From assembly GCA_036271755.1 (NCBI GenBank), contig DATBAA010000959.1:1-30133 (forward strand): a stretch of 30,133 nucleotides of DNA, given 5' to 3'. The notes under the pieces are model-generated. The model saw only the letters and a list, made by a program, of their open reading frames with translations, did not search any database and was not told where the DNA came from. This document shows positions 11,938 to 24,637 of the stretch, piece after piece. This DNA comes from Myxococcales bacterium. Lineage in GTDB: Bacteria; Myxococcota; Myxococcia; Myxococcales; 40CM-4-68-19. Every line of letters begins with the position of its first letter. Within the stretch, counting starts at the first letter, position 1. The translations under genes and the position numbers were made by a program.

Positions 11938-12876
11938 TTGGAAGCGCAGGTTCGAGCAGAGAGGCTGAGCAAGACGTTCCGGGTCGGGTTCCTCGCGCGG
12001 CGGGTACGCGCCGTGGAGGACCTGTCGTTCGAAGTGCGCCGGGGCGAGATCTTCGGTCTGCTCGGCCCGAACGGCGCCGGCAAGACCACCACCTTGAAGA
12101 TGCTGCTCGGCTTCGTGAAGCCCAGCTCGGGCAGCGCCTATATCGGAGACGCCCGCGCCGGCACGCTCGAGGCGCGGCGCAACCTGGGCTACCTGCCGGA
12201 GAACCCGGCGCTCTACGAGTTTTTGCGCGGCGACGAGTACCTGGTCTTCGCCGGCCGCCTCGCCGGGCTCTCGCGCGCGGACGCGCGGGCGCAGGCGAAG
12301 GACCTGCTCGAGAAGGTGGGCCTGGCCGGCCGCGCCGACCGGCCGGTGCGCCGCTTCTCCAAAGGAATGGTGCAGCGGCTCGGCCTCGCGCAGTGCTTGC
12401 TGGGCGATCCGCGGACGGTGGTGCTGGACGAGCCGATGAGCGGCCTCGACCCCATCGGCCGCAAGGACGTGCGCGATCTGATCCTCAAGCTGCGCGAAGA
12501 GGGCCGCACGGTGCTCTTCTCCACCCACATCCTGAGCGACGTGGAGGCCATCTGCGACCGCGTCGGCATCATCGTCGACGGACGGCTCACCGACTGCGGC
12601 GCCCTGGCAGACCTGGTCGAGCCCGGAGCGCGCGCGGTGGAGCTGATCGTCGAGAAGCTGCCCGCCGAGCTGGAGGAAAAGTTCCGCAGCGGCGGCGTGC
12701 AGATGCTGCAGCGCGACCGCGCCATGGTGCTGACCTTCGCCCAGGAGGAGCAGGCCCAGGAAGCGCTGCGGGCGTCCCTGGGCGCGGGCGCGACGGTAGT
12801 CTCGCTGACCCCGCACAGGCGTTCGCTCGAGGAGCTGTTCGTGGCCCGCGCGCGCGGCACGGCCACGACCTCCTGA
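11938..12876 (+). CDS. pilH: ABC transporter ATP-binding protein, PilH-like
   Basis: GPNGAGKTT, signature FSKGMVQR, Walker B VVLDEP, H-loop STH; TTG start with GAGG SD; stop overlaps the pilD start. This is myxobacterial PilH, not the CheY-like PilH. Confidence 0.85.
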   Translation: MEAQVRAERLSKTFRVGFLARRVRAVEDLSFEVRRGEIFGLLGPNGAGKTTTLKMLLGFVKPSSGSAYIGDARAGTLEARRNLGYLPENPALYEFLRGDEYLVFAGRLAGLSRADARAQAKDLLEKVGLAGRADRPVRRFSKGMVQRLGLAQCLLGDPRTVVLDEPMSGLDPIGRKDVRDLILKLREEGRTVLFSTHILSDVEAICDRVGIIVDGRLTDCGALADLVEPGARAVELIVEKLPAELEEKFRSGGVQMLQRDRAMVLTFAQEEQAQEALRASLGAGATVVSLTPHRRSLEELFVARARGTATTS

Positions 12877-13745
12877 TGGAACTGCTCGCGCAGGGCATGC
12901 CGCTCGCGTTCGCGGCGTGGGTCTTCACGCTGGGCGCGGTGATCGGCAGCTTCCTCAACGTCGTCATCGCGCGGGTGCCGAAGGGCGAGAGCGTGGTCAG
13001 GCCGGCCAGCCGCTGTCCGCGCTGCAAGTCGGCGATTCGCTGGTACGACAACATCCCCATCGTCTCGTGGCTCGTGCTGCGCGGAAAGTGCCGCGACTGC
13101 GCGCTGCCCATCAGCCCGCGCTATCCGCTGGTCGAGCTCCTGGTGGCGCTCTTGGCGGTGGCGGCGGCGCGGCAGCTCGGGCCCACCTGGACGGCGCTGG
13201 CGTACTTCGTCTTCGCGGCGGCGCTGGTGGCGCTGGCGTATATCGACCTGGACACCTGGCTGCTGCCGGCGGAGATCACCTATCCGCTGATCGCGCTGGG
13301 CCTCGTCTCGCCGCTCTGGAACCACGCGCTCTCCTTCCGGGACGCGCTCATCGGCGGGGCTGCAGGCTTCGGGCTCTTCGCCGCCATCGCGCTCTTTGGA
13401 GAGAAGGTCCTCAAGAAAGAAGTGATGGGCTGGGGCGACGTCTACCTGCTCGCGGGCATCGGCGCCTGGCTGGGATGGCAAGCGCTCCTGCCCGTCGTCC
13501 TGCTCTCGGCCCTCCAGGGCGCGGCGGTGGGCATCGTGCTGCTGCTGCTCGGCAAGACGCCGGACGGCCAGACTCCGGCGACGGTGGTGCAGCCAGAGCC
13601 CGACGCGGTCGAAGACGACTGGGTGCCGCCCAAGAACGCGGTGCCGTATGGGCCGTTCCTGGCGTTGGCCGCGCTCGAGTACCTGCTGGCCGGCGCGCGC
13701 ATCGTCTCCACCTGGGACAGCGTGCTGCAGCGGATCTTCGGATGA
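12876..13745 (+). CDS. pilD: Prepilin peptidase / N-methyltransferase PilD
   Basis: ATG at 12876 (TGATG overlap with pilH), in the distal part of ORF-track 11850..13745. GSFLNVVIARVP, CPRC...CRDC zinc site, YIDLD and MGWGD catalytic Asp motifs, VPYGPFLA. Confidence 0.95.
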   Translation: MELLAQGMPLAFAAWVFTLGAVIGSFLNVVIARVPKGESVVRPASRCPRCKSAIRWYDNIPIVSWLVLRGKCRDCALPISPRYPLVELLVALLAVAAARQLGPTWTALAYFVFAAALVALAYIDLDTWLLPAEITYPLIALGLVSPLWNHALSFRDALIGGAAGFGLFAAIALFGEKVLKKEVMGWGDVYLLAGIGAWLGWQALLPVVLLSALQGAAVGIVLLLLGKTPDGQTPATVVQPEPDAVEDDWVPPKNAVPYGPFLALAALEYLLAGARIVSTWDSVLQRIFG

Positions 13746-15076
13746 GGGTCGAGCGCGGCTCGCTCCGGCTGCGGCTCTTCGCCATCGTGCTGGCCGCCGC
13801 GCTGGTGCCCATGGCGCCGCTCGCCATCGCGCTGCTCTTGCAAGTCCGCGACGCGCTCTACTCGCGCCGCCTCGCCGACGCGCGCGACCGCCTGCGCGCC
13901 GCCGCCGAGACGGTGCGCGCGAGCTGTCCAGACGGCTTCGAGGGATGCGCGGTGAAGGCCGCCGCTGGTAGCGGGGCCCGCTTTCTCACCCGCAAGTGCC
14001 CGCAGCCCGTCGTCCGCACGGGCGAGTCGATCTTCTTCTGCGCCGACCTGCCGAGCGGCTCCCTCGAGCTGCGCGAAGAGCTGGCGCCGGTCCGCCGCCA
14101 GCTGGAAGCGCTCGACGTGCGGCTCCTGGCGACGCTCCTCGGCTTCGTGGCGCTCTTGGTCGGCATCGCGGTGTGGCTGCTCGAGCGCGGCTTCGTCCGC
14201 CGGCTCGAGCAGGTGGATCTCGCGCTCGAGGTGGTGGGCGCCGAGCAGGAGGGGCCGGCGCTCTTGCCCGAAGGAGGCGACGCGGTGGGGCGGGTCTCGG
14301 CGGCCGTCAACCGGCTGGCGCAGCGCCTGCGCGATGAGCGCGGCCGGACGCGCGCGCAGATCGTGGCGCTGGAGACCGCCAATGAACAGCTCGGCTCCGC
14401 CCGCGAGGATCTGCAGCGCAGCGAGCGGCTCGCGAGCGTGGGGCGGCTGGCGGCGGGCGTCGCTCACGAGGTGGGCAACCCCGTCTCGGCGCTCATCGGC
14501 TACGCGGCGCTGATGCGCGAGCGGCTGCAGCAGGGCAACGACGTGGCCGAGTATGCCGAGCGGGTAGAGCGCGAGGCCAACCGCATCGATCGCATCTTGC
14601 GCGACCTGCTCGATCTCGCCCGGCCCCGCGAGGTGAGGCCGGTCCCCGTGGATCTGCGGCGCGCGGTCTCGCTGGCCCAGGCGCTCATCGAGCCGCAGCC
14701 GGTGTGGCAGGGCGTCTCGCTGCGGGTCGAGCTGCCCGAAGAGCTTCCCCCGGCGCTGGGCGAGGAGCATTACGTCGTGCAGGTGCTGGTGAACCTGCTC
14801 GCCAACGCCGCGCGGGCCGGCGGCAAGAACGTGAGCGTCACCGGCGGCGCCGCCCGGGACCAGCTCCTGCTCGAGCTGGCAGACGACGGCCCAGGCCTCA
14901 CCGCCGACGCGCTCGAGCACTTGTTCGAGCCGTTCTTCACCACCGCGGCGCCCGGCCAGGGCACGGGCCTCGGGCTCGCGCTCTGCCACGCGACCATGGA
15001 GCGCATCGGCGGCGGCATCTCCGCCCGCAACGGCGGCCGCGGCGCCATCTTCACGCTGCGCTTCAAGACGGCCTAG
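13742..15076 (+). CDS. pilS2: Sensor histidine kinase, PilS2-like
   Basis: ATG at 13742 (ATGA overlap with the pilD stop). Two TM segments, HAMP-like linker, GVAHEVGNPVSAL H-box, FEPFFTT...GQGTGLGL; same position after pilD as M. xanthus pilS2 (from memory). Confidence 0.8.
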   Translation: MRVERGSLRLRLFAIVLAAALVPMAPLAIALLLQVRDALYSRRLADARDRLRAAAETVRASCPDGFEGCAVKAAAGSGARFLTRKCPQPVVRTGESIFFCADLPSGSLELREELAPVRRQLEALDVRLLATLLGFVALLVGIAVWLLERGFVRRLEQVDLALEVVGAEQEGPALLPEGGDAVGRVSAAVNRLAQRLRDERGRTRAQIVALETANEQLGSAREDLQRSERLASVGRLAAGVAHEVGNPVSALIGYAALMRERLQQGNDVAEYAERVEREANRIDRILRDLLDLARPREVRPVPVDLRRAVSLAQALIEPQPVWQGVSLRVELPEELPPALGEEHYVVQVLVNLLANAARAGGKNVSVTGGAARDQLLLELADDGPGLTADALEHLFEPFFTTAAPGQGTGLGLALCHATMERIGGGISARNGGRGAIFTLRFKTA

Positions 15077-16602
15077 CGAATCAGTTTGACGATCCGCACC
15101 CGCCACCACGGCTGGATCGGGTCGGTGGAGAAGACCCAGGGCAGAAGGCCGGCGTGGCTGGACCAGAGGCCGGCGCCGCTCGACATGGTGCGGATGGGAA
15201 ACGGATCGCCGATGGCTCCCTCCGCGACCGCCACCGCATCGCCGAGCGGAATGCCCAGCGAGCCCGGGTAGCTCAGATCGAGCACCTCGTCGCCCGCTTC
15301 GAGCCCCGCGCCGGCAGGCGAGCCGGGCTTGAGCTCGCCCCAGAGGAAGACAGCGCCCGCCCGCGGCGCGTACTCCTGCGCGCCCCAGGGCGTGCCGGCG
15401 ACGTAGACCCGCGGCGTCTGTGCCTTGGCGGCGGCGACCTGCGACAAGGTCAGGTCGCGCAGGGCGTTGGCGTAGCGCTCGTCGTCGATGCTGGCGGCGA
15501 CGCTGATGGCCAGGGTCACCGCGGCGCACGCCCAGACCCGCGCGGGCTTCGCGTCGACGCCGCGGAGGATGAGCAGGAAGATGGGCGGCAGCGCCAGCGC
15601 GACGTACTTGGCGGCGGCCTGGTTGTAGACGAGCGGCACCGCCAGCGCCCCGAAGAACCAGAGCCAGAGGAAGATCGAGTCCAGATCGAAGGCCGGCAGC
15701 CGCAGCCGCGCCAGCGCGAAGAGCACCGTGCCGAAACCCACCAGCAAGGTTGGGAAGACGCCCAGCGGCGCCAGCGCGAAGAGCACGAGCGCCACCACCT
15801 CCAAGAGCGGCCGCGAGGGCTTGAAGATCGCCGCTGCCAGCGCCGCCGCGCTGAAGAGCGCCAGCGCCGCCGAGGTGGAGAGCAGGCGCCAGACGAAGAG
15901 CACTCCGCCGGAGCCGTGCAGCTGCGCGGTGGTCACGGTCTGCGCGCTGCCGAGGGTCTGGACGCCGCCGGCTTGCGGCACGCGGCTGGCCAGCGTCCAG
16001 AGCACGAACGCGGCGGCGAGCGCCGCCAGGGGGAGCAGCGCCCGCCACTTGCGCCGCGAGAGCTGCACGCAGCCCGCGAGCAGCAGGACGGGGAGGGCGC
16101 TGATGCGCAAAGTCCAGCCAAACGCGAAGAGCGCGCTGGCCGCGGCGATCTTCCACCAGCGCGGCTCCTCGGCGTCGCTCCAGAGCAGCGCCACGGCGCC
16201 CGCGACCGCCGCCACCATCGGCACGTCGGGCATCAAGGTGGTCGCGGGCAGGAGCACGCAGCCGCTGCAGACGAACAAGAGCGCGGCGGCCCACGGATCG
16301 CGCACGCCGAACTGCCGCGCGACCGCACGCATCGCGAAGACAGCCAGGAGCGCGAAGGGCAGCAGCAAGAGGTGCAGCGCCAGCTCCGATTCGCCGAACA
16401 CCGACATCATGCCGCCCAGCAGCCAGGCCGCGCCGGGCGGATTGGACGCGCTGCCCCCTCCATAAGGATGCAGCGGGTTCTGCTGCGCGGCGCGCGCCAG
16501 CCCCAGGAAGGTAGCGTCGTCGATGTGGAAGGCCTTCCCCGCCTGCGGCAGGAGAACGGCCGCGGCGGCGAGGTAGGCCGCCCAGTCGCGAAGCTTGCGC
16601 AT
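15073..16602 (-). CDS. ArnT/PMT-like (GT-C) membrane glycosyltransferase
   Basis: Probable start MRKLRDW (ATG 16602), 509 aa. First-loop acidic pair FHIDDATF, SNPPGAAWLLG, ESELALHLL, TLMPDVP, AAKYVALALPP; about 11-13 TM segments plus a small C-terminal soluble domain. Confidence 0.72.
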   Translation of the reverse strand: MRKLRDWAAYLAAAAVLLPQAGKAFHIDDATFLGLARAAQQNPLHPYGGGSASNPPGAAWLLGGMMSVFGESELALHLLLLPFALLAVFAMRAVARQFGVRDPWAAALLFVCSGCVLLPATTLMPDVPMVAAVAGAVALLWSDAEEPRWWKIAAASALFAFGWTLRISALPVLLLAGCVQLSRRKWRALLPLAALAAAFVLWTLASRVPQAGGVQTLGSAQTVTTAQLHGSGGVLFVWRLLSTSAALALFSAAALAAAIFKPSRPLLEVVALVLFALAPLGVFPTLLVGFGTVLFALARLRLPAFDLDSIFLWLWFFGALAVPLVYNQAAAKYVALALPPIFLLILRGVDAKPARVWACAAVTLAISVAASIDDERYANALRDLTLSQVAAAKAQTPRVYVAGTPWGAQEYAPRAGAVFLWGELKPGSPAGAGLEAGDEVLDLSYPGSLGIPLGDAVAVAEGAIGDPFPIRTMSSGAGLWSSHAGLLPWVFSTDPIQPWWRVRIVKLIR

Positions 16603-16636
16603 CCGCGGCGGATAGCACGGTGTAGAGTGAGCCGCC

Positions 16637-18043
<1,407 letters not shown>

Positions 18044-18238
18044 AGCGCCTATATCCTGATTGAACCTACCTTTGCCCCCACAAGTGCTGGTGGAATGCAA
18101 AAGTGTGCACCTCTAATGCGGGTGAAGTGACGGGTCAATGCACCGTCAATGATGAGAAAGTGACGCCAGGTTCCTTGACCGCCTACACGATTCCGATCCA
18201 ACGATGCTCGCGCAATTTGCAGCAGCGGCGGAGGGGCC

Positions 18239-18454
18239 GTGAACCGAGTGCAGAAGTTTCGTGAAGCCGCGCTGATGGCCAAGGCAGAGCTGGCCCGCAA
18301 GGCCGGCGTCTCTGAATCCACCATCGATCGGGTGGAGTCGGGTCACGACTGCCGGATGGAGACCAAGCGCAAGATCCTCTTCGCGCTCGGCCTCACCTTG
18401 CAGGAGAGTCAGAAGCTGTTTCCGCGCAACGCAAGCCGTGCGCGGGTGGGATGA
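18239..18454 (+). CDS. Small XRE/Cro-family helix-turn-helix protein
   Basis: 71 aa, KAELARKAGVSESTIDRVESG HTH; GTG start with GGAGG SD. Confidence 0.85.
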   Translation: MNRVQKFREAALMAKAELARKAGVSESTIDRVESGHDCRMETKRKILFALGLTLQESQKLFPRNASRARVG

Positions 18455-18472
18455 ACGGGATTGGACGTTTTC

Positions 18473-18501
18473 TTGGGTGGCTCGGTTTCCGGTGGTAGCG
18501 T
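18473..18501 (+). promoter_or_regulatory. Candidate sigma-70 promoter of pilMNOPQ
   Basis: TTGGGT (18473-18478), 17-nt spacer, TAGCGT (18496-18501) with an extended TG at 18493-18494; SD AGGAGAGG downstream. Confidence 0.45.
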
Positions 18502-18538
18502 CCGCAAGTCTTAAGGCTGCAGGAGAGGCGATTTCACA

Positions 18539-19609
18539 ATGGCAAAGAGCAGGCTTACGCTCGGTCTCGACATCGGCTCCTCCTCCGTCAAGCTCGTCCA
18601 GTTGAAGGAGGCGAAGCGCGGTTACATCCTCGAGGCCTTCGGCGTGGCGCCGCTGCCGCCCGAAGCCATCGTCGACGGCGCGCTGATGAACTCCACCGCC
18701 ATCGTCGAAGCCATCCGCGGCCTCGTCAGCCAATACAAGTTGAAGAACCGCGAGTGCGCCATCGGCGTCTCCGGACACTCGGTCATCATCAAGAAGATCA
18801 GCATGCCGAAGATGACCCGCGAGGAGCTCGAGGAGAGCATCCAGTGGGAGGCCGAGCAGTACATTCCCTTCGACGTGAAGGACGTGAACATCGACGTCCA
18901 GATCCTCACGCCGCCCGACGTCGACACCGGCACCGGCCAGATGGACGTGCTCCTGGTCGCCGCCAAGAAGGACATGATCAACGACTACACCTCGGTGGTC
19001 AGCGAGGCCGGGCTCTTGCCGGTAGTGGTCGACGTCGACGCCTTCGCGGTGCAGAACTCTTTCGAAGTGAACTACGAAGTGCCCAAGAGCGAGACCATCG
19101 TGCTGGTCAACGCCGGCGCCTCGGTGGTGAACATCAACGTCCTCGCCAACGGCTTCACCACCTTCACGCGCGACGTGACGATGGGCGGCAACCAGTTCAC
19201 CGAAGAGATCCAGAAGCAGCTGAACGTCTCCTACGACGAAGCCGAGAAGCTGAAGGTCGGCGGCGACGCGGCGCAGGATTCCGACAGCGTGGTGCCGCAG
19301 GAAGTGGAGCGCGTCATCCAAGGAGTCGCGGACCAGATGGCCGGCGAAATCCAGCGCTCGCTCGACTTCTACACCGCCACCGCGGCCGACTCGCACATCG
19401 CCCGCCTCTATCTGTCGGGCGGCACCGCCAAGATTCCCGCGCTCTTCAAGGTCATCGAGCAGCGCGTCGGTGTTCCGGTCGAGATCTTGAACCCCTTCAA
19501 GGGCGTCGAGATCGACAACCGCAGGTTCGATCCCAACTACGTGATGGACGTCGCCCCGTCGGCGGCCGTCGCCATCGGGCTTGCGTTGCGCAAGTCGAAC
19601 GAGCGCTAG
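18539..19609 (+). CDS. pilM: Type IV pilus alignment protein PilM (actin-like)
   Basis: LGLDIGSSSVKLVQL, EAEQYIPF, VDVDAFA, VNAGAS, LSGGTA, AVAIGLALR. Confidence 0.96.
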   Translation: MAKSRLTLGLDIGSSSVKLVQLKEAKRGYILEAFGVAPLPPEAIVDGALMNSTAIVEAIRGLVSQYKLKNRECAIGVSGHSVIIKKISMPKMTREELEESIQWEAEQYIPFDVKDVNIDVQILTPPDVDTGTGQMDVLLVAAKKDMINDYTSVVSEAGLLPVVVDVDAFAVQNSFEVNYEVPKSETIVLVNAGASVVNINVLANGFTTFTRDVTMGGNQFTEEIQKQLNVSYDEAEKLKVGGDAAQDSDSVVPQEVERVIQGVADQMAGEIQRSLDFYTATAADSHIARLYLSGGTAKIPALFKVIEQRVGVPVEILNPFKGVEIDNRRFDPNYVMDVAPSAAVAIGLALRKSNER

Positions 19610-19619
19610 GGGCGATGCC

Positions 19620-20156
19620 ATGATCCGCATAAACCTTCTTCCAGTCCGCGCCTCCAAGAAGCGCGAGTTCGGCCGCCAGCAGCTCGTCTTCCTGGCGCTG
19701 ATCCTCGTCCTGGTCGGAATTGGAAACTACTTCTGGTACGGCAAGGTCCACGGCGAGCTGGAGGCGATGGATCAGCAGATCACGCGCACCCGCAGCGAGA
19801 TCGCCCAGCTGGAAAAGACCATCGGCGAGGTGAAGTCCATCAAGGAGGACAAGAAGGCGCTCGAGGACAAGCTCAAGATCCTCGACACCCTCAAGAAGGG
19901 CCGCTCCGGCCCGGTCCGCGTGATGGACGATCTGGCCACCATCATTCCGCCCAAGGTCTGGATCGTCGACTACTCGGAGACCGCGGGCGCCGTGTCCATC
20001 GCGGGGCGCGCGGCGGCGTACGAGGATCTCTCCTCCTTCTCCAAGAAATTGAAAGAGTCGAAGCACTTCAGCAACGTCAACATCAAGAACGCGCGGCAGG
20101 CGGCCGACGGCACCGTCGACTTCAACATCACCTGCAACGCCGACTATTCGGCCTGA
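19620..20156 (+). CDS. pilN: Type IV pilus alignment protein PilN
   Basis: True start MIRINLLP (the PilM-binding INLLP motif) at ATG 19620; single TM, coiled coil, periplasmic domain. Confidence 0.93.
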   Translation: MIRINLLPVRASKKREFGRQQLVFLALILVLVGIGNYFWYGKVHGELEAMDQQITRTRSEIAQLEKTIGEVKSIKEDKKALEDKLKILDTLKKGRSGPVRVMDDLATIIPPKVWIVDYSETAGAVSIAGRAAAYEDLSSFSKKLKESKHFSNVNIKNARQAADGTVDFNITCNADYSA

Positions 20157-20165
20157 GGGGGGACC

Positions 20166-20753
20166 ATGGCACTCACCGGACAAGACCTCCTCAACGGCAT
20201 CAACAAAGCTCCGCTCGGCACCAAGCTGGGCGTGGTCGCGGGCCTCGTGGCCGCGCTGACCTTCGCCAACTGGTACTTCTTCATCGACCCGGACCAGACC
20301 GCCATCACCCAGCGGCAGGCGACGTTGCGCGGGCTCGAGGATGAGCTCATCCAGAAGCAGTCCATCGCCAACAACCTGGCCCAGTTCAAGCACGAGAAGG
20401 AGATCCTCGAGCGTCGGCTGGCGCAGGCGCTGACCGAGCTGCCCAACGAAGCCAACATCGACGATCTCATCCGTTCGCTCTCGGAGATCGGCACCAAGAG
20501 CGGCCTCGTCATCAACAGCATCGATCCGGCGCCCGAGGTGAAGCAGTCGTTCTACGCCTCCATCCCGGTGGTGATGTCGGTGACCGGCAACTACCACGAG
20601 ATCGGCGTCTTCCTCGACGCCATCTCCAAGCTCGCGCGCATCGTCAACGTCACCAACATCAAGATGAACGGCGCCAAGACCGTCAACGAGAAGCTGGTCG
20701 TCCAGGCGACCTACATCGCAACCACCTTCCGCTTCCTGCCGGAGGCCAAATGA
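20166..20753 (+). CDS. pilO: Type IV pilus alignment protein PilO
   Basis: TM, coiled coil, LTELPNEANIDDLI, FYASIPV...GNYHEIGVFLDAISKLARIVNV. Confidence 0.93.
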   Translation: MALTGQDLLNGINKAPLGTKLGVVAGLVAALTFANWYFFIDPDQTAITQRQATLRGLEDELIQKQSIANNLAQFKHEKEILERRLAQALTELPNEANIDDLIRSLSEIGTKSGLVINSIDPAPEVKQSFYASIPVVMSVTGNYHEIGVFLDAISKLARIVNVTNIKMNGAKTVNEKLVVQATYIATTFRFLPEAK

Positions 20754-21325
20754 TCCGCCGGAGCCTCCACTCTTCCGCGCTGGTGTTGCTGCTCGCAACG
20801 GCCTGCGGAAGTCCGCCGCCGCCGCCGCGCAAGGCAGCCGCGCCGGCCGCCGCGTCGCCCGTCGTCGAAGAGACCAAGACGGACGTGCCGGTCAACATCT
20901 ACGTCTACTCGCCCATCGGCAAGCGCGACCCGTTCCAGAACACCGCGGCGGCGCAGCGCGCCGGCGGCATCGCCCACGTCGACACCCGCGGCCGCAACAA
21001 GACCCCGCTGGAGAAATGGCCGCTGGACATGCTCAAGCTCTCGCTCACCATGACGGGAACGGCGAGCCCGCTCGCCATGGTGGAAGACCCGGAGAAGCGC
21101 GGCTGGCCCGTGCACCTGGGCGACTTCGTCGGCCAGAACGGCGGCAAGGTCACCGGCATCCACCGCGACGAGGTGGTGGTGACCGAGACGATCACCGATC
21201 ACTCCACCGGCCGGGTCTACCCGGTCAACGTCAAGCTGACGGTCCCGGTGGACAAGACTGAAGAATCAGATCTCAAGGCCCTGCAGGAAGGCGAGTCTCT
21301 CGGCGTCTCCAAGGGTTCGCAGTAA
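20750..21325 (+). CDS. pilP: Type IV pilus lipoprotein PilP
   Basis: Lipobox LLATAC, YSPIGKRDPF, PLEKWPLDMLKL, VHLGDFVGQNGGKV; ATGA overlap with pilO. Confidence 0.92.
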   Translation: MIRRSLHSSALVLLLATACGSPPPPPRKAAAPAAASPVVEETKTDVPVNIYVYSPIGKRDPFQNTAAAQRAGGIAHVDTRGRNKTPLEKWPLDMLKLSLTMTGTASPLAMVEDPEKRGWPVHLGDFVGQNGGKVTGIHRDEVVVTETITDHSTGRVYPVNVKLTVPVDKTEESDLKALQEGESLGVSKGSQ

Positions 21326-21354
21326 TGCGCGTCGACACTTCGAAGGAGAAGCGG

Positions 21355-24003
<2,649 letters not shown>

Positions 24004-24012
24004 GAGATGCAT

Positions 24013-24621
24013 ATGACCAAGCGCATCCTCAGCGGCACGCTCGTCGCGCTCGCCATGTCCAGCTGCTCCACCGACAACAAGAGCGGAGCACTGCCGGTGA
24101 CCAGCGTCATCCTCGGCACCGCGACCGTCACGATCAACCCCGACGGTTCGAGCACGACCGCGTGTGCCTTCGTCGCCACGGCCGTCGAGACCGAGTTTCC
24201 CGTCTTCGCCGCCAACGCCGCCAACAGGCTCGGCGCGGCTGGCTTCGTGGTGAAGAACCAGCTCACCCTCCCCAGCACCGTCAACACCGTCTTCAACAGC
24301 GACACCACGACCTTCAGCCCGCATCAGGCCGTGGTCGACTACGAGATCGTCGGCGGAGGGACGAGCATCGCCGAGCAGATCATCCCTGTCTCGGGCACCT
24401 CGGTGCCGAGTGGAACGTCAGGAGCCGTGATCGTTCCGCTCTTCCTGCCGGCCGCGGCGCTCGCGGCCGCCAAGACAATGCCGGGCGGCGGAGGCGTCTT
24501 TCGCACCACCGTTCGCATCGAGGGCGAGCTCGACGACGGCAGCAAGGTCACCACCTCCGAGCACGAGTTCGTGTTCACGGTGCAGACCGCGACCAACGCC
24601 GTCAGCACGCCCTGCTTCTAG
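24013..24621 (+). CDS. Uncharacterised beta-rich lipoprotein
   Basis: MTKRILSGTLVALAMSS|C lipobox-like signal; SD AGGAG favours ATG 24013 over 24007; Thr/Val-rich alternating pattern; two further Cys. Confidence 0.8.
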   Translation: MTKRILSGTLVALAMSSCSTDNKSGALPVTSVILGTATVTINPDGSSTTACAFVATAVETEFPVFAANAANRLGAAGFVVKNQLTLPSTVNTVFNSDTTTFSPHQAVVDYEIVGGGTSIAEQIIPVSGTSVPSGTSGAVIVPLFLPAAALAAAKTMPGGGGVFRTTVRIEGELDDGSKVTTSEHEFVFTVQTATNAVSTPCF

Positions 24622-24637
24622 GCGTCTCGAGCCCCGC

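Noticed and set aside
11850-13745. Apparent 631-aa extended PilD and 719-aa extended PilS2 (12917..15076) in the ORF track
   Set aside because: The N-terminal parts are out-of-frame read-through of pilH and pilD. The real starts are at the TGATG (12876) and ATGA (13742) overlaps.
18175-18205. TTGACC as the -35 box for the HTH gene
   Set aside because: No TANNNT at 16-18 nt spacing; AACGAT needs a 19-nt spacer and lacks the first T.
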